NCBI GenBank assembly: GCA_012295275.1
Contig: CM022665.1
Span: forward strand, 13,144,001-13,208,000
Origin: Chrysomallon squamiferum
Lineage: Eukaryota > Animalia > Mollusca
DNA: 64,000 bases
Direction of reading: 5' to 3'
Part shown: positions 44,459 through 55,600 of the stretch, piece by piece
How the letters are laid out: the number at the start of each line of letters is the position of its first letter
Numbering within the stretch: position 1 is the stretch's first letter
Program-made: the position numbers and the translations under genes
Notes under the pieces: generated by a model
Seen by the model: only the letters and a program-made list of their open reading frames with translations
The model's database searches: none
What the model was told of the DNA's origin: nothing

Positions 44459-45749
44459 TTTTTGTATTTTATTCTATTTCGTATTTTTATACTATAATTT
44501 TATATTTATTTCATTTTTAGTAAAAGACATTTCACTTCTTTTTATTTATTTTTGATATTTTTTGTTTTTTATATTTTAATTTTATTTCATTCCATTTGTT
44601 TTCTTTTATTATTTCAGTGAATTTCTTATTTTTATTTCATTATTTTATTAATTGTATTCTATTTTATTATTATTTAATTTTGATTTTTATATTTTAATCA
44701 TTTCAATTCATTTTCTTTTTCACTCTCTCTCTCTCTCTTTCATTTTATTGATTTACTTTATTTCATTTTTAAAATTTGCTGTTTTATCTTGTTTCACTAT
44801 ATATACATTATTGTAATTTTAATATGTTTGCATAATTTGTTTTATTTATTTATTTTATTTATCATGTTACTTTGCAAAAGACTATTTCATTTGATTTCAT
44901 TCTATTTCTTTATTTTTATTCAGTTTGTGTATATTTTTTCTATTATTTCATTAAATATATTTTATTTCTTTCTTTTTTAAAATTGTATATATTTTTGTTT
45001 ATTTTACATACTTTTTTCATTTTTATTTTATTTAATTGTTTTAAATTATTTTATTTCATTACCTAATTATTATAATATATCATTTACTATATTTCAGTTT
45101 TTATTTTATTTAATTGCTTTAATACTTTTTTCATTTTATTGTCTTACTTCATTTGAGTTTATTTTATTTCATTTCATTATTTCCTTATATATTTATTTAT
45201 TTATTTATCTGTTTTTCTATTTACTTATTTATTTATTTTCTAAATTTATTTTTTTATTATTTTAATATATCTATTTATTTATTTCTTATTTTCTAAATTT
45301 ATTTTTGTATTTTTATTATTATTTTTTTTTATTTGACTTAGGACAGACTTAAAAAGGCAACATTACACTGGTGCTATATGTGGACTGGGATATGACCCAG
45401 AGACCAATGTGCCCATATTACCTGATCATGATATGGAAATAGAGTTTGATACAGAAATAGATGTGTCTGACATTAGCAAGGTAGAGTTTCAGTTTATTAA
45501 TACTAAATAAGTGTCAAGATAACACTTTTAAATAAACACTAATTATAAATTTCTCCCTTTCTGCATTTTCTTTTCAGTGTACATATATGTCTCAGTGCTT
45601 GTTTTGATATTTATATTACGAAAATTCTCTCTGTCACCTCATTCTTCTTCATTTCTCATTTCTCTCCATCTTTGTAAATAAAAGAACTTTAATTTTTCTT
45701 TAAATTATATGTGCCTAATTTAGGCTCGTATCTTTATTTAGTGTGTGTA

Positions 45750-45812
<63 letters not shown>

Positions 45813-47128
45813 GATTAACATTTGAAGCTTTAAGTATATTTCTGATTTAGCATTTAAAACATTTCTGAAATATAAAATGCTAAAAATGTATTACTGATCA
45901 CATTACAAATTTATTCTGATATGTAATATAATATAATAACATAATTAACTCCCAGTATATTTCTATTTTAATATTAGAACTTGTCGGAAAAATAAAATGT
46001 TAAAAGTATTATTGATCACAACTACAGGTTTATTGTGATATATAACGTAATGTAAGGTAACGTAATTTAATCTAACTATCTAATGTAATATGATGTAACA
46101 TAACATAACTGTGTAATGTAATGCTATGTGACAAAAAAAGCATACATATACCTAACGTAGAAAAAAAACCAAGTCAACGTAACTTGTATTATATTTGTCA
46201 GAAAGCATGCCTGTGACAGGCATGCTTCACAACAGCTTGCTCTGATTAGCATATTAATTTTTTTTCACTCTTTCACTCACTTGTATTTCATATGTAGATC
46301 AATGGTATAAGGATGTCTATAAACATTGCTATTGGTACCCATGATAGTGTGGCTTCCTGGTCCTCCGATGCTGTAGCTAAAATTCAGAATTCAGCCTGCA
46401 CCAGACTGCTTGAGTATGTAGATTTATACATCTCCAGTGTCATTATAATTAAAAAATATATCACTTTTAATGAAAATTAACCTTTATATGGCCTTGAATC
46501 AGAGAATATGAAAATATTTATTATTTAAAAAGTTGGTTTTAATTAATGTTTATGTAGACTGTACAACAGAAGCACTATTGGACAGTGTTTATTTTTGGAA
46601 CAGTTTAGTGTCTTGTCTGCTTTGATTTCTATTTTTGAACATGTTTTTTTTTCTTTCTAGAAACATGAATCTCTTGCTAGGAAACATTTTTTATCTTAGT
46701 TTAATGTCAGTTTTAATATTTATTACAAAGCTTGTGGAAGTAGTAATTATTATCCAAAAAATAAATTTTAGTGTTGTTTCATATACTTAGAATTTGTTGG
46801 TTTGATCTAATTGCAGTATGCATGTAAGTGATTTTCAGTGTTTGTTTTATTTGTGTATTGTGTGTATCAGTTCTGTTTTACAATATCACCAGGTTGCTTA
46901 CAAAAAGAAGGGAATACAGGGAGATGGAAAGCTATGATAGACCATATCAGTGGAACCAGGTAATTATTATGCACAGTGTGAATTTATCGAGCAGATAGGT
47001 AAAATGTTCAAATCTCCTAAGTGTTCCCATTCTAACATATGCCCAGTTACAGGCTATGATATATACTTCATTATCAGAGGCATTTAAAAAGTCCCAACTG
47101 CAACATTCTGTATGTGTTGTGTATGTTT

Positions 47129-47164
<36 letters not shown>

Positions 47165-48163
47165 GGGGGGGAGGGAGGGGGAGAGAAAGAGAGAGAATGT
47201 AGCAATAATGTACTAACATCTAATAACATCTAATAAATGTTAATATTAAAATATATCAAGGTTTTATTAAAAATTAATTTAATAATTTTCCTTTATTGCT
47301 TAATTAAAATATTTGACTTAATGAACAAATTATTAATCATTTCAGGTTGATCCTGACTATATACTAGAAGATGTGGAAAGTGGTCTAGAGTCACATGAGG
47401 TATTATTGCTCAACAAACACAGAGCCATTGAGCTTGACGACTTGGATGAGTCTACTCGTCAAAGTGATCAACTCAAAGCTAACCTTCAGTTTCTGAATAA
47501 AATACTTGATGCCAACCAGTGAGTTCTCAGTTAGTGTTAATACAGGTTGAAGACCCCTTATCTGAAATTCTGAAATCTGAAAAAGTTCTAAAATCTGAAA
47601 TATTTTCCAGTCAGCAGAAAGAGTGATATCTTACATTTTCAGATTGTTTTGTATTCATTAACTTGTTTTATGAATAAAATGTGAAATATAAATGGGACTT
47701 GTATTTAGACTTAGATCCTGTTTTCAGACTCTCTCCTCACATTCCAAAATCTGAAATACTTCCATTCCCAAGTATTTTGGATAACGGATTCTCAACCTGT
47801 AATTATAATAATCAAAAAGAAACAAATTGTAATGAATAAAATTCAAATCTTGTTCACTTGTTTTTGTCCAAGTCTCTGTTTCAGTTTCTGTCTTCTTTTC
47901 ATACTCTTTTCACCCTTTTTCTTTCCTAGCATCTCATCCATACAGTATCATATCACAGTTATTATTTTTTTTTTTTTTTTTTTTGTGGTTGTTAGATCTC
48001 TTCTTGTTTATAAGTTTTAGCTGTGTTTTTCAGACGTGATGCCTTGCCTGCTGATTGTGATCTGTGTCAGGTGACCTGTCAGACAATGTCACATCTAAAG
48101 ATGCACTTGAACTATGTAGCACACAAAGACAAAGAAAACAAACTGTTCGAGATGTATGAATAA
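20518..48163 (+). CDS. TDRD9: ATP-dependent RNA helicase TDRD9 / spindle-E (DExH helicase, HA2, Tudor, C-terminal C2H2-type zinc finger); 37 coding exons, about 1476 aa
   Basis: Exons: 20518-20711, 21073-21145, 21499-21705, 22018-22239, 22491-22613, 23167-23247, 26590-26748, 27012-27115, 27695-27753, 27964-28021, 28470-28554, 28961-29018, 29233-29435, 29729-29860, 30896-31061, 31619-31682, 32215-32278, 32896-32997, 33395-33517, 34077-34184, 34353-34462, 34987-35070, 35361-35480, 35820-35925, 36240-36347, 36877-36999, 37771-37860, 38960-39082, 39813-39947, 40808-40951, 41195-41265, 42190-42396, 45342-45480, 46298-46413, 46893-46959, 47346-47518, 48034-48163. All GT-AG, phases consistent, total 4431 nt. 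Motifs: GSTGSGKTTQ, TQPRRIA, DEVH, MSAT, STNIAESSITVPD, QRKGRAGR, AGAFYPNYF, Tudor YYRARV..FVDYGN. Confidence 0.95.
22018..22239 (+). CDS. TDRD9: TDRD9 exon 4: helicase motifs I and Ia
   Basis: VIQGSTGSGKTTQVPQYILD...IIVTQPRRIA...CGYQ; ttag acceptor, gtgtgg donor. Confidence 0.95.
24081..24262 (+). repeat. Dispersed repeat of about 180 bp, copy 1 (copy 2 at 60745-60927)
   Basis: Near-identical text gcatacacagatatatataaacattatatttatacatgtactata..gtgcgtttcaaacttacaca..cttttacaaaatgtatataaaaaaa..ttacattatgcatgtataataaacattatattacatac at both sites. Confidence 0.9.
24860..26549 (+). mobile_element. Decayed hAT-family (ZNF862-like) DNA transposon in TDRD9 intron 6
   Basis: Frameshifted transposase fragments: YSILIDETTDVSVTKQLIIYCRF, LGNDGANVMLG, CDMLPPLLQLSKAFQ, and hATC dimerisation motif TADCERGFSTLGRIKTKPRNSL. 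Right end CTGGAGAGACCACTG looks like a terminal inverted repeat. Left end not found. Confidence 0.85.
25399..25511 (+). mobile_element. 5'-truncated SINE/LINE 3' tail nested in the hAT transposase
   Basis: Interrupts the transposase reading (..FVQTYF / FIAAVHTFCD..). Ends in a (CACTT)n tail. Homologous to 46196-46282. Confidence 0.7.
29233..29435 (+). CDS. TDRD9: TDRD9 exon 13: helicase motif VI
   Basis: IDFCLTKNLVCD...WASKSNCYQRKGRAGRVSNG...IPEMQ. Confidence 0.95.
30047..30763. mobile_element. Tigger/pogo-like MITE in TDRD9 intron 14
   Basis: TA-CAGTATTCCCTCGCTATTCGCGG ... CCGCGAATAGGTGAGGGTATACTG-TA; subterminal CGCGAATA repeats at both ends. Confidence 0.85.
31775..32005. mobile_element. 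Probable piggyBac-type MITE in TDRD9 intron 16
   Basis: TTAA-ACCTTT...TGGTGCAATAT at left and ATATTGCACCA-AAAGGG-TTAA at right. Confidence 0.55.
36240..39082 (+). CDS. TDRD9: TDRD9 extended Tudor domain, exons 25-28 (36240-36347, 36877-36999, 37771-37860, 38960-39082)
   Basis: VLECGHFWAQY, AAPF...YYRARV, VFFVDYGNSE, PFQACECFL..W: extended-Tudor signature. Confidence 0.9.
38168..38576. mobile_element. Degenerate hAT-like MITE in TDRD9 intron 27
   Basis: AAGGTTCA...TGAACCTT ends, GGCATG on both flanks (partial target duplication), internal GGTCAC/GTGACC repeats. Confidence 0.45.
39445..39769. repeat. Long imperfect inverted repeat (foldback or MITE remnant), arms about 100 bp
   Basis: 39445-39545 is the reverse complement of about 39670-39769 (e.g. 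agtttcaaatttatacaactata / tatagttgtagaaatttgaaact). Confidence 0.85.
40020..41700 (+). repeat. Direct repeat pair of about 230 bp (40020-40260 and 41479-41700) in TDRD9 introns 29 and 31
   Basis: Shared gacaaatttactgcagcaaattg..attaatataa..tatgattttag..gagtta..agttataaat..tataatcaagtg.actaaa. Confidence 0.8.
41750..42192 (+). repeat. Degenerate 60-73 bp tandem repeat ending in the exon 32 splice acceptor
   Basis: Seven units of actaaaacatta..ttattayactttttcagaac; the last unit is the real acceptor. Confidence 0.8.
42190..42396 (+). CDS. TDRD9: TDRD9 exon 32
   Basis: AVRIDPDSVNCVVVNDDPQNPYQRLMVAG...RDTTLMPMIPGLPALMSLLFAPCAELR, typical of the spn-E/TDRD9 C-terminal region. Confidence 0.92.
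42400..45340 (+). other. Extremely T-rich low-complexity intron (TDRD9 intron 32) with internal duplications
   Basis: Almost entirely T/A with strong T excess on the sense strand. Duplicated blocks near 42955 and 43835, and near 43293 and 43995. Confidence 0.85.
46196..46282 (+). mobile_element. SINE/LINE 3' tail fragment, same family as 25399-25511
   Basis: tgtcagaaagcatgcc...gcttcacaacagcttgctctgattagcatattaatttttttcact aligns with 25423-25510. Confidence 0.7.
47543..47799. mobile_element. Tigger-like MITE in TDRD9 intron 36
   Basis: TA-CAGGTTGAAGACCCCTTATCTGAAAT ... TTTTGGATAACGGATTCTCAACCTG-TA; internal AAATCTGAAA repeats. Confidence 0.8.
48034..48163 (+). CDS. TDRD9: TDRD9 last coding exon with zinc finger and stop
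   Basis: RDALPADCDLCQVTCQTMSHLKMHLNYVAHKDKENKLFEMYE*; C-x2-C-x12-H-x5-H. Confidence 0.85.
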
Positions 48164-48306
48164 CATCTCTGTCTCATATTCAAAATCACTATTTCTCTCA
48201 TCAGACCTTTAAATGTGAGATACCTTAATCACATGATAATATTCTGGACATAAAAAACTATCTGCACCATTAAATTCTTTTGGGGAATTCTCAGAAAATG
48301 AAAACT

Positions 48307-48395
48307 CCACCATTAAATTCTTTACACTTTTTCTGTGAAAAAGAACCATACCATTAAATTCTTTACACTTTTTCTGTGAAAAAGACCCATACCAT
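48307..48395 (+). repeat. 41-bp tandem duplication in the TDRD9 3' UTR
   Basis: accattaaattctttacactttttctgtgaaaaagaaccat occurs twice; a partial third copy is near 48266. Confidence 0.85.
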
Positions 48396-49584
48396 GAAAA
48401 GGATTAAAATACTGGAGAATTATAAGAATATTTTGGAAAGAAGACAAGAAGAAATACAAAACAAATTTGATGAGGAACTATGTGATACATAAAGAAATGA
48501 AGAAGTATTGGAAACAGTTTTGATGGAAGAATGGCAACAAAAATTATTGTATACTTGAAAACAACAAAACAGAAAAAAATGTCTGCTGAAAATGTTAGTA
48601 TGTAAAAATATTTGGAAAGGAAGACAGAACTGGTGCAAGATTTATCAAGATATTTGAAAATGTCTGTTGGAATAATAAATGTATTAGAAAGAAACTGTGA
48701 TATTTGTTTCTACTTAAACAAGACTGATGAATAATGTAAGAAGAATAAAGAGAACAAAATATTTTAGTGAATGAAAAAGAGAAACGATAATGAGATAATG
48801 TTATTTAAAAATGAAGAATGATACAAAACATTCTGTGTTTTTTTAATGAGAAATTAGTATTTAATGTTAAAAAATACTAAGCAGGAGGGAATTTTTTATT
48901 TGATGTAGAAAATTATGAAAATTGTAATGTAAAAAATAAGTCTACTGGATTCCGTTTTTGAGGAAATGATGTATTATTGATTGAAAATCAGCTGAAATTG
49001 TTTACAAAAGAGAAATGTATTTTATTAAACAATAACTAGAATTTTTGTAATTCTCAGACTTTGATGAAAATTGAAAATGTTTCCATTTATTATGTTTTTT
49101 GTTCAACAGAAACGTGAATTTCATGATTTTGGAATTAATAAGTGAATGCAAATAACAGTTTTATATTTATATATACATGTGTTTATATATTTTTATTATT
49201 ATTATTTTATTTGTATTTTAATTGATTGTAATATTACTTATTCAGTAACTTTCTATTGTTTTTATTTTATGATATTTTATTGATTTATTTATTTATTTTT
49301 ATTATTATTATTTTTATTTTTTTTTATTATTATTATTTTTTTTTTTCCCCTCATATTTTTATGCTGTTTTATATTACAAAACATTCATTTTATATATTAT
49401 TTTAAGAAATTTAATTTGAAATAGGTTTTGGTTCATTGCAAAGGTTCAGTGATGAAAGTGTTATTATGTTAACAATACACAGAATACTGTTAAAAACACA
49501 TTTTTAAATATCATTTTTTATATTGTTTTATATATTATTTTTTTTTTCTAAAATTGTATGAACAAATTGGTTAAGTGTTCTGCA

Positions 49585-49590
49585 AATAAA
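49585..49590 (+). promoter_or_regulatory. Candidate TDRD9 polyadenylation signal
   Basis: AATAAA followed by GT/T-rich sequence (gttgtctatttttgtg), 1.4 kb after the stop. Other AATAAA hexamers exist nearby. Confidence 0.35.
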
Positions 49591-50646
49591 ATGTGATTTT
49601 GTTGTCTATTTTTGTGACATATGTTAGCAAAAAGCATGTAATCCTTTTGTAGTGTTTAAAAACAATAGTACATGACTGTATATTTGTTTTAACAACACCT
49701 CAAATATTAATATTAAACATATTTAATATCAAATCAGTTTAGTTTTTTAAATTAATGATATGATATTTTAAAAATTGTTCATCTTTAAAAAGTGTTACTG
49801 AAGAAATATTCATTTATTCATTTACTAAATCATGATGTTTTAACACTAAATTGCATAAATATAAAAAAATAAATTAAAAAAATAAATTAATAATATTAAG
49901 AAGAATAAGAATAATAAAAACAATAAATAAGTAAAACATAACTTGGAAATATGTAGAATATATTTTGACTTTTATTTCCATGTCACCAAAGTTAAATGTG
50001 AAGTTCAGAAAGTAAAAGTAAAAGCAATTACTTTCAATAACTTTTAATAATAATAACAGATACATATACAATAACTTGTTTAAATGATAATGTTAACTTG
50101 AAATTATTACTATAAATTATAAAATTATGCTGATATTTCTGGACTGGTATTTGAAAAATAAAATAAAGAATTATAAATGTTTACTCATTATTAGTTGTAC
50201 AGGAAATACATTGATTAAATAAAGATATTCATCCAAGAAATACAATATATATGAGGAAAACTGATTTTAATTAAATATGTTAATGGCTTCACACAGTCTG
50301 TTGAGGTAGAGTGCTAACCTGAGAAGCAAAATATAAGATCAATCCTGCTTAGTGCCCCAACTTGGTTATTACTTGTTCCGGTCTGAGACTGTAACATATT
50401 TAAAAATAACCTCAGTTGTATGTTATGTGCTTTCCTGTTTAAGAAAAAGTACTCATATGAAGTACTTTATGCTTATTTAGATATTGATATTGTGTGGAAG
50501 CACTAAGTTTTATCTCATTATTTTGTCAGTCTTTTATACACCTCTATATGATGAACATTGTACAATAAGTGAATTTGTTGTTTTTTTTAAACCAATATTC
50601 ATATTGAATGATGTGTTAAATTTGAATATTGTGTCTGAACTGCAAT

Positions 50647-50678
<32 letters not shown>

Positions 50679-50701
50679 ATATATGTCATTTCTTTTCATT
50701 A

Positions 50702-50732
<31 letters not shown>

Positions 50733-50918
50733 TTTTTGGTTTAATTTTATGATTTGTACACTTTCTATTTTTAATAATGTATTTGTCTATTTTGTTTTTG
50801 TTTGGAGAAAGGCAGTTTTCTGAGCTTTTTGATTTACTTATTAGTTTTGTTTTTCTTCATGAATATCAGAACCTTCACCTTCAGAGCAGTAACTGTCATA
50901 TCAGATTAATATACAGTA

Positions 50919-52568
50919 TCACCAGTCATAATCTGTGTATGTTTCAGAAATAGAGTAACCTGCTTCAAATCCACTGTACTCACTGTATGACTCATCTGAG
51001 TGAAATCTCAAATATAGAGCATTGCCAGGATAATCAAAGGATGTGGATGGTCCAGACCCACATAGTCTGAAATCAAACACATTCAAAACTGTATGAAATG
51101 AAACAAATTCAAAATTGGACAAAATCGAACGAAACTCAAAATAGTTAAGAAATGAAACAAATGCAGAATTGTATGAAATTAAATAAGCTCAACATTTTAT
51201 GAAATTAAGTGATATTCAGAACTCTAAGGAATAAAACAAACTCAAAATTGTATGAAAGCAAACTTGGAATAGATTTAGAACTATTTGAAGTCTAATACCA
51301 AAATTAAATTCAGCGCTGTCTGAAATAAGAATGTGAGAATTATAGAAACTCGAAAGAAATTAAAAACACTGAAATAAAATTCAGAATTGTCTCTGACAGC
51401 TTCATATATTTGAGAAAAAGCTAGTTTTAAATTAACATTATTACCTGAATCGAATTCTCAGATTAATTTTTTTCAAACAGTTAATTTAACAGTTTGAATT
51501 TAACGAGTTATTATTAGTAGAAGTATACAGTTGCAGTAATGATAGGAGTATAGTAGAAGCAGAAGCAGTAGTAATAGTAGTAGCAGTAGTATTGCAGTAC
51601 AGTAATAATAGAAATAGTAATATTGGTAATATAATACTACTGGCAAAAGCAGGCCTAGTAGCTGAACAAAGTCAGTCAGAAGTACACTTTTATAGTATAG
51701 AAGCAGTAGTAGTGTAGAAAAAGTAATGGTTATTGGTAACAGAGTAGCAGAAACAGGCCTAGTATGTAACTCACTTGAGTCCAGATAAGTGGGGACCGAG
51801 GGTTCGAATCTCAAGCCAGTCATAGTCGCACGGACCTTCATAGTCTTCCTCCATTTCAAAATGATTAAACCACAATTTTATAGTAGAGCCTGGTGGCCCC
51901 TGTAAAATGTATACGTAAGAAATATTCTTGTTATAAATATATTTATATTTGTGTGCGTACGCGCGCGTGCACGCACACATGCATGTGCATACAAACTACG
52001 TGTGTGTGTGTGTGTGTGTATATATAATCAGTATTTGTTTTCATGTATATGTAAATTGATGCCATTTGTTTGTGTGTGTGTAGATATTTATATATATGTT
52101 TTTTAAACTCTTCGTTTCAACTTAAATCCAATGTGAAATCAGTAAACAGGATTGATAAACCTGTATTTTCAGTAATGACCCCCAGAAACTGTTTCTCTTG
52201 CTTCAAAAGTAGCCAGGAAGCTACACAAAGCTGAAAATGTATGACTGTATCTGTTTCAGGAAATTATTTATATATATGTATATAATTAACAAAGCATAGA
52301 AAGACCATCCCACGGTGTACTCACCAATATCAGCCAGTGACACGTGGTGTCGTCGTGGTAACTGTTTGGGTATCCAGGTGACTGGATTATTCCATCTCGT
52401 TCTCGCAACACACCTCCACAGTCTTCAACAGTTCGTAATGGAAACAAAAAAAAAAAAAAAAAATAAAATGCATCACAAATCCCAACCCAAAATGTTATGG
52501 ATCACTTTTTAAATTTAAATTTTATTTTTTTATAAAGTATCAGTCTACCATCATCATTATTATAATCA

Positions 52569-52616
<48 letters not shown>

Positions 52617-55600
52617 ACTACTACTGCTACTGCTACCTGCATTAGAATACTGGACTTCGTCACAGCTGTACCCTGTCAGACCCCACGGACACAGACAGGA
52701 ACAGTCGGGTCCGACCACACCCTCATTGTTACACTGGATGGAGTTAGTACAGTGAGCTGTGCAAAAAAAAACATGCACATAATCGAAGGAATAAATGAAT
52801 ATAGAAAGAAGGAATGGAAAAAAAAAAATTAATTAAAAATTAAAATCGAGAACAGTCTGCAGTGAATGTGTTGGTTTAAAGAGATCATAGATCATTATTA
52901 CTATTGCCTATCGCACGAAATGTATTCTTTATGTATTGTTATTTTCTATCACACGTGTATACGTTATGTGTTATTAGTATTTTCTGTCACACTCGTATAT
53001 ACATTATGTATTATTACTGTTCTATCACAAACATTTATACGTTATGTATTACAATCTATCACTTGTTATGTATATATTGACTTTATAATGATGATATAAG
53101 AGGAAACACTACAACTGCTCCTTATGCTATTGTTATAGATTAATAAGAAGATACCCTTTTAAGTACCTTCATTAACGAAAAAGTTTGAAAAGGTCTTTCA
53201 CTTATTTTTACTTATTTGTTTAACGTAATAAATAAATACATAGATGATTGGAAATAAAAATTAATATAGTGTACTAAAAGTACAAAATATTAATATATTT
53301 TCTTTTCTTTTATTATCATTATTATTATTATTATTACCGATAAAAACATTTATTTTTTAATATTACAATTATTTTTGCATATTTCTGTTGTAATTCATAA
53401 TACATTTATTTTGACCAACCTATACACATATTTATTTTCATACATCTATTTCTGCGTATGTAAATTGAAATGCTTCTAATTATCGTCGAACCTCAGTTTA
53501 GGTTTTCAGTACTATCCATAACGTGAATTTAATTGCTGTAATAACGAATCTTACCACTGCACTGGTAAAGATCATTGGCAGTTTTGACATCTATAAAACT
53601 AAGACCATTTCTCTGACCCATGAATCCAATGAGATCGTAGTTGTTTGGCGTGATTGTAGGGGAATGGCCATCTTTACTGTAATACTGAAATACAGACAGA
53701 CAAAACTTCTTTTGTTAGAGACATTTTTACATCCTTAGAATAGTCTAAAATAGAAACATGTTTTGGTCTAAATGTGTGTGTATTTACGCCAGAAGAGCAT
53801 TTTTCTATAATACAATTTAAGCTGTGATTTTTTTTTTTTTTTTTAATATAATCCTCTGGTTGTTTATTTTGAATAATAATTCACTGTACATTGAAAAATA
53901 TATTGACATGGTTAATAAAGATATAATTAAGTAAACTGTACGATTTTTAAATGTTCGTTTATACAACACAGAACATTACAGAGAGGGAACCTGCTGCCAG
54001 TACACTCGTTTTCGACTAGCAGCAAAGGGATCCTTTATTTCCATTTTCCCGGAGAAGATGGCTTTTAATAAACCAGTGTTAGAACACTTTCTGGAACTAG
54101 AATTAACCTTGAGGTCGCACTAAGGATTCTGCGATTCATCACGTTTCAGTGTTTCTCTCTAGCCACAAATAAATATACTGAGCGAGAGAAAGAGGAAAAG
54201 AGAGAGAGAAAAAAAAGAAGATAACAACGACGACAAAGTAAAGGAAAAAAAAAAAAGAAAAACGAAAAAAACAAACATAATGAATAAAAAAGAAAACGAA
54301 GAAGAAAAAGAAGAAAAAAAGAAAGAAAACAAAAGAGAAGGGGAAAAAACTAATGAAAAACAAGAAAAAAGAAGAAGAAGAAGAAGAAACGAAAAAGAAA
54401 CAAACTTACCAATGATCCGTAATGCATAATTGACCCGACATCATACGGTTCATTGGTGATTATGTCCGACCATCCGTATTTGAGAAAGTTGTAGTGGAAA
54501 TCTGGTTTCACATTTTCTGGGTGCACTGTCACATGTTCGTCTCGGTCAGGCCGGGATTGCTCGTGATAGAAACCCAAAATGTGACCGATCTCGTGAGAAA
54601 CAGAGCCTTTCTGCGAGAATAAATAAATAAACAGACGAAAAACCTGGATACAAATATGTTTGCTTTAATAAGTAGCTTATTCATAATTTGTTAAATAACT
54701 AAATAAATAAATAATAATAATACATATTTTGAATTTGTGAGTGACTGAGAACTATTAGAATTTATATTTGATAAAAAGGTTTTCCTCGTCTGCGATTGAA
54801 TATAAGGTTATAATTTGTTAATGAATAATATAAGTATTAGTAATTTGCAATCGAATAATAAATATCCTATGAATGACTTAAAACAATTTTAACTGGGGAC
54901 AGAGTAATACGTATTCGTAATTAGTAACTGAATAATAAGAATTAGTTATTATTATTTAAAATAAAGAATTTTTTATAATCCTAAATATTTGTTCCATTTA
55001 ATCATCTTCACTCAGATAATATGTGTTGGTAATAACATGATTTTTTTAAAGTAAATTCTTGAATCATATTACTAAAGTTATTAGCTTTATTGTTTGTTAC
55101 TAAATCGTTATACAGGTACTATTATATCTGTTGGTTAGGCTTGAATAAATGAAAATTATTAACTTTCAAACAATTTATTTTTATTTTTTAAAGTACATAT
55201 ATAATAATAATAATAAAATAATGAAAAAAATGAAAGTATGGATGAATGAATAAATAACGTTAATTATAAAAGTAGTAAAAAGGTTACTTGTTTATTGTTT
55301 TGACTATTGTGAAAGTATTTGACTGAGTGAATATCAAGACTACAGTTTATTTATGTAAATACTAAAACGTACATTATTACATTTATCTCCTATTGATGTT
55401 TCTTGTAATCCACCTATTCTGCCTATTGAAGACTGGCATCTGTGAAAATAATAATAATAATAGTAGTAATTATGATGATGATGATGAAGATAAATAAATA
55501 AATTAATTAATTAAAAATATTTCCGATAAAGATTTTTAATAAATGATACAACGTACCCGTGACCTCTATAGAATCGTACCCTGCTATCATGACCCAGTTC

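Noticed and set aside
51795-51815. GGTTCGAATC, resembling a tRNA T-arm/B-box
   Set aside because: It is the reverse complement of astacin coding sequence (EIRT); there is no cloverleaf around it.
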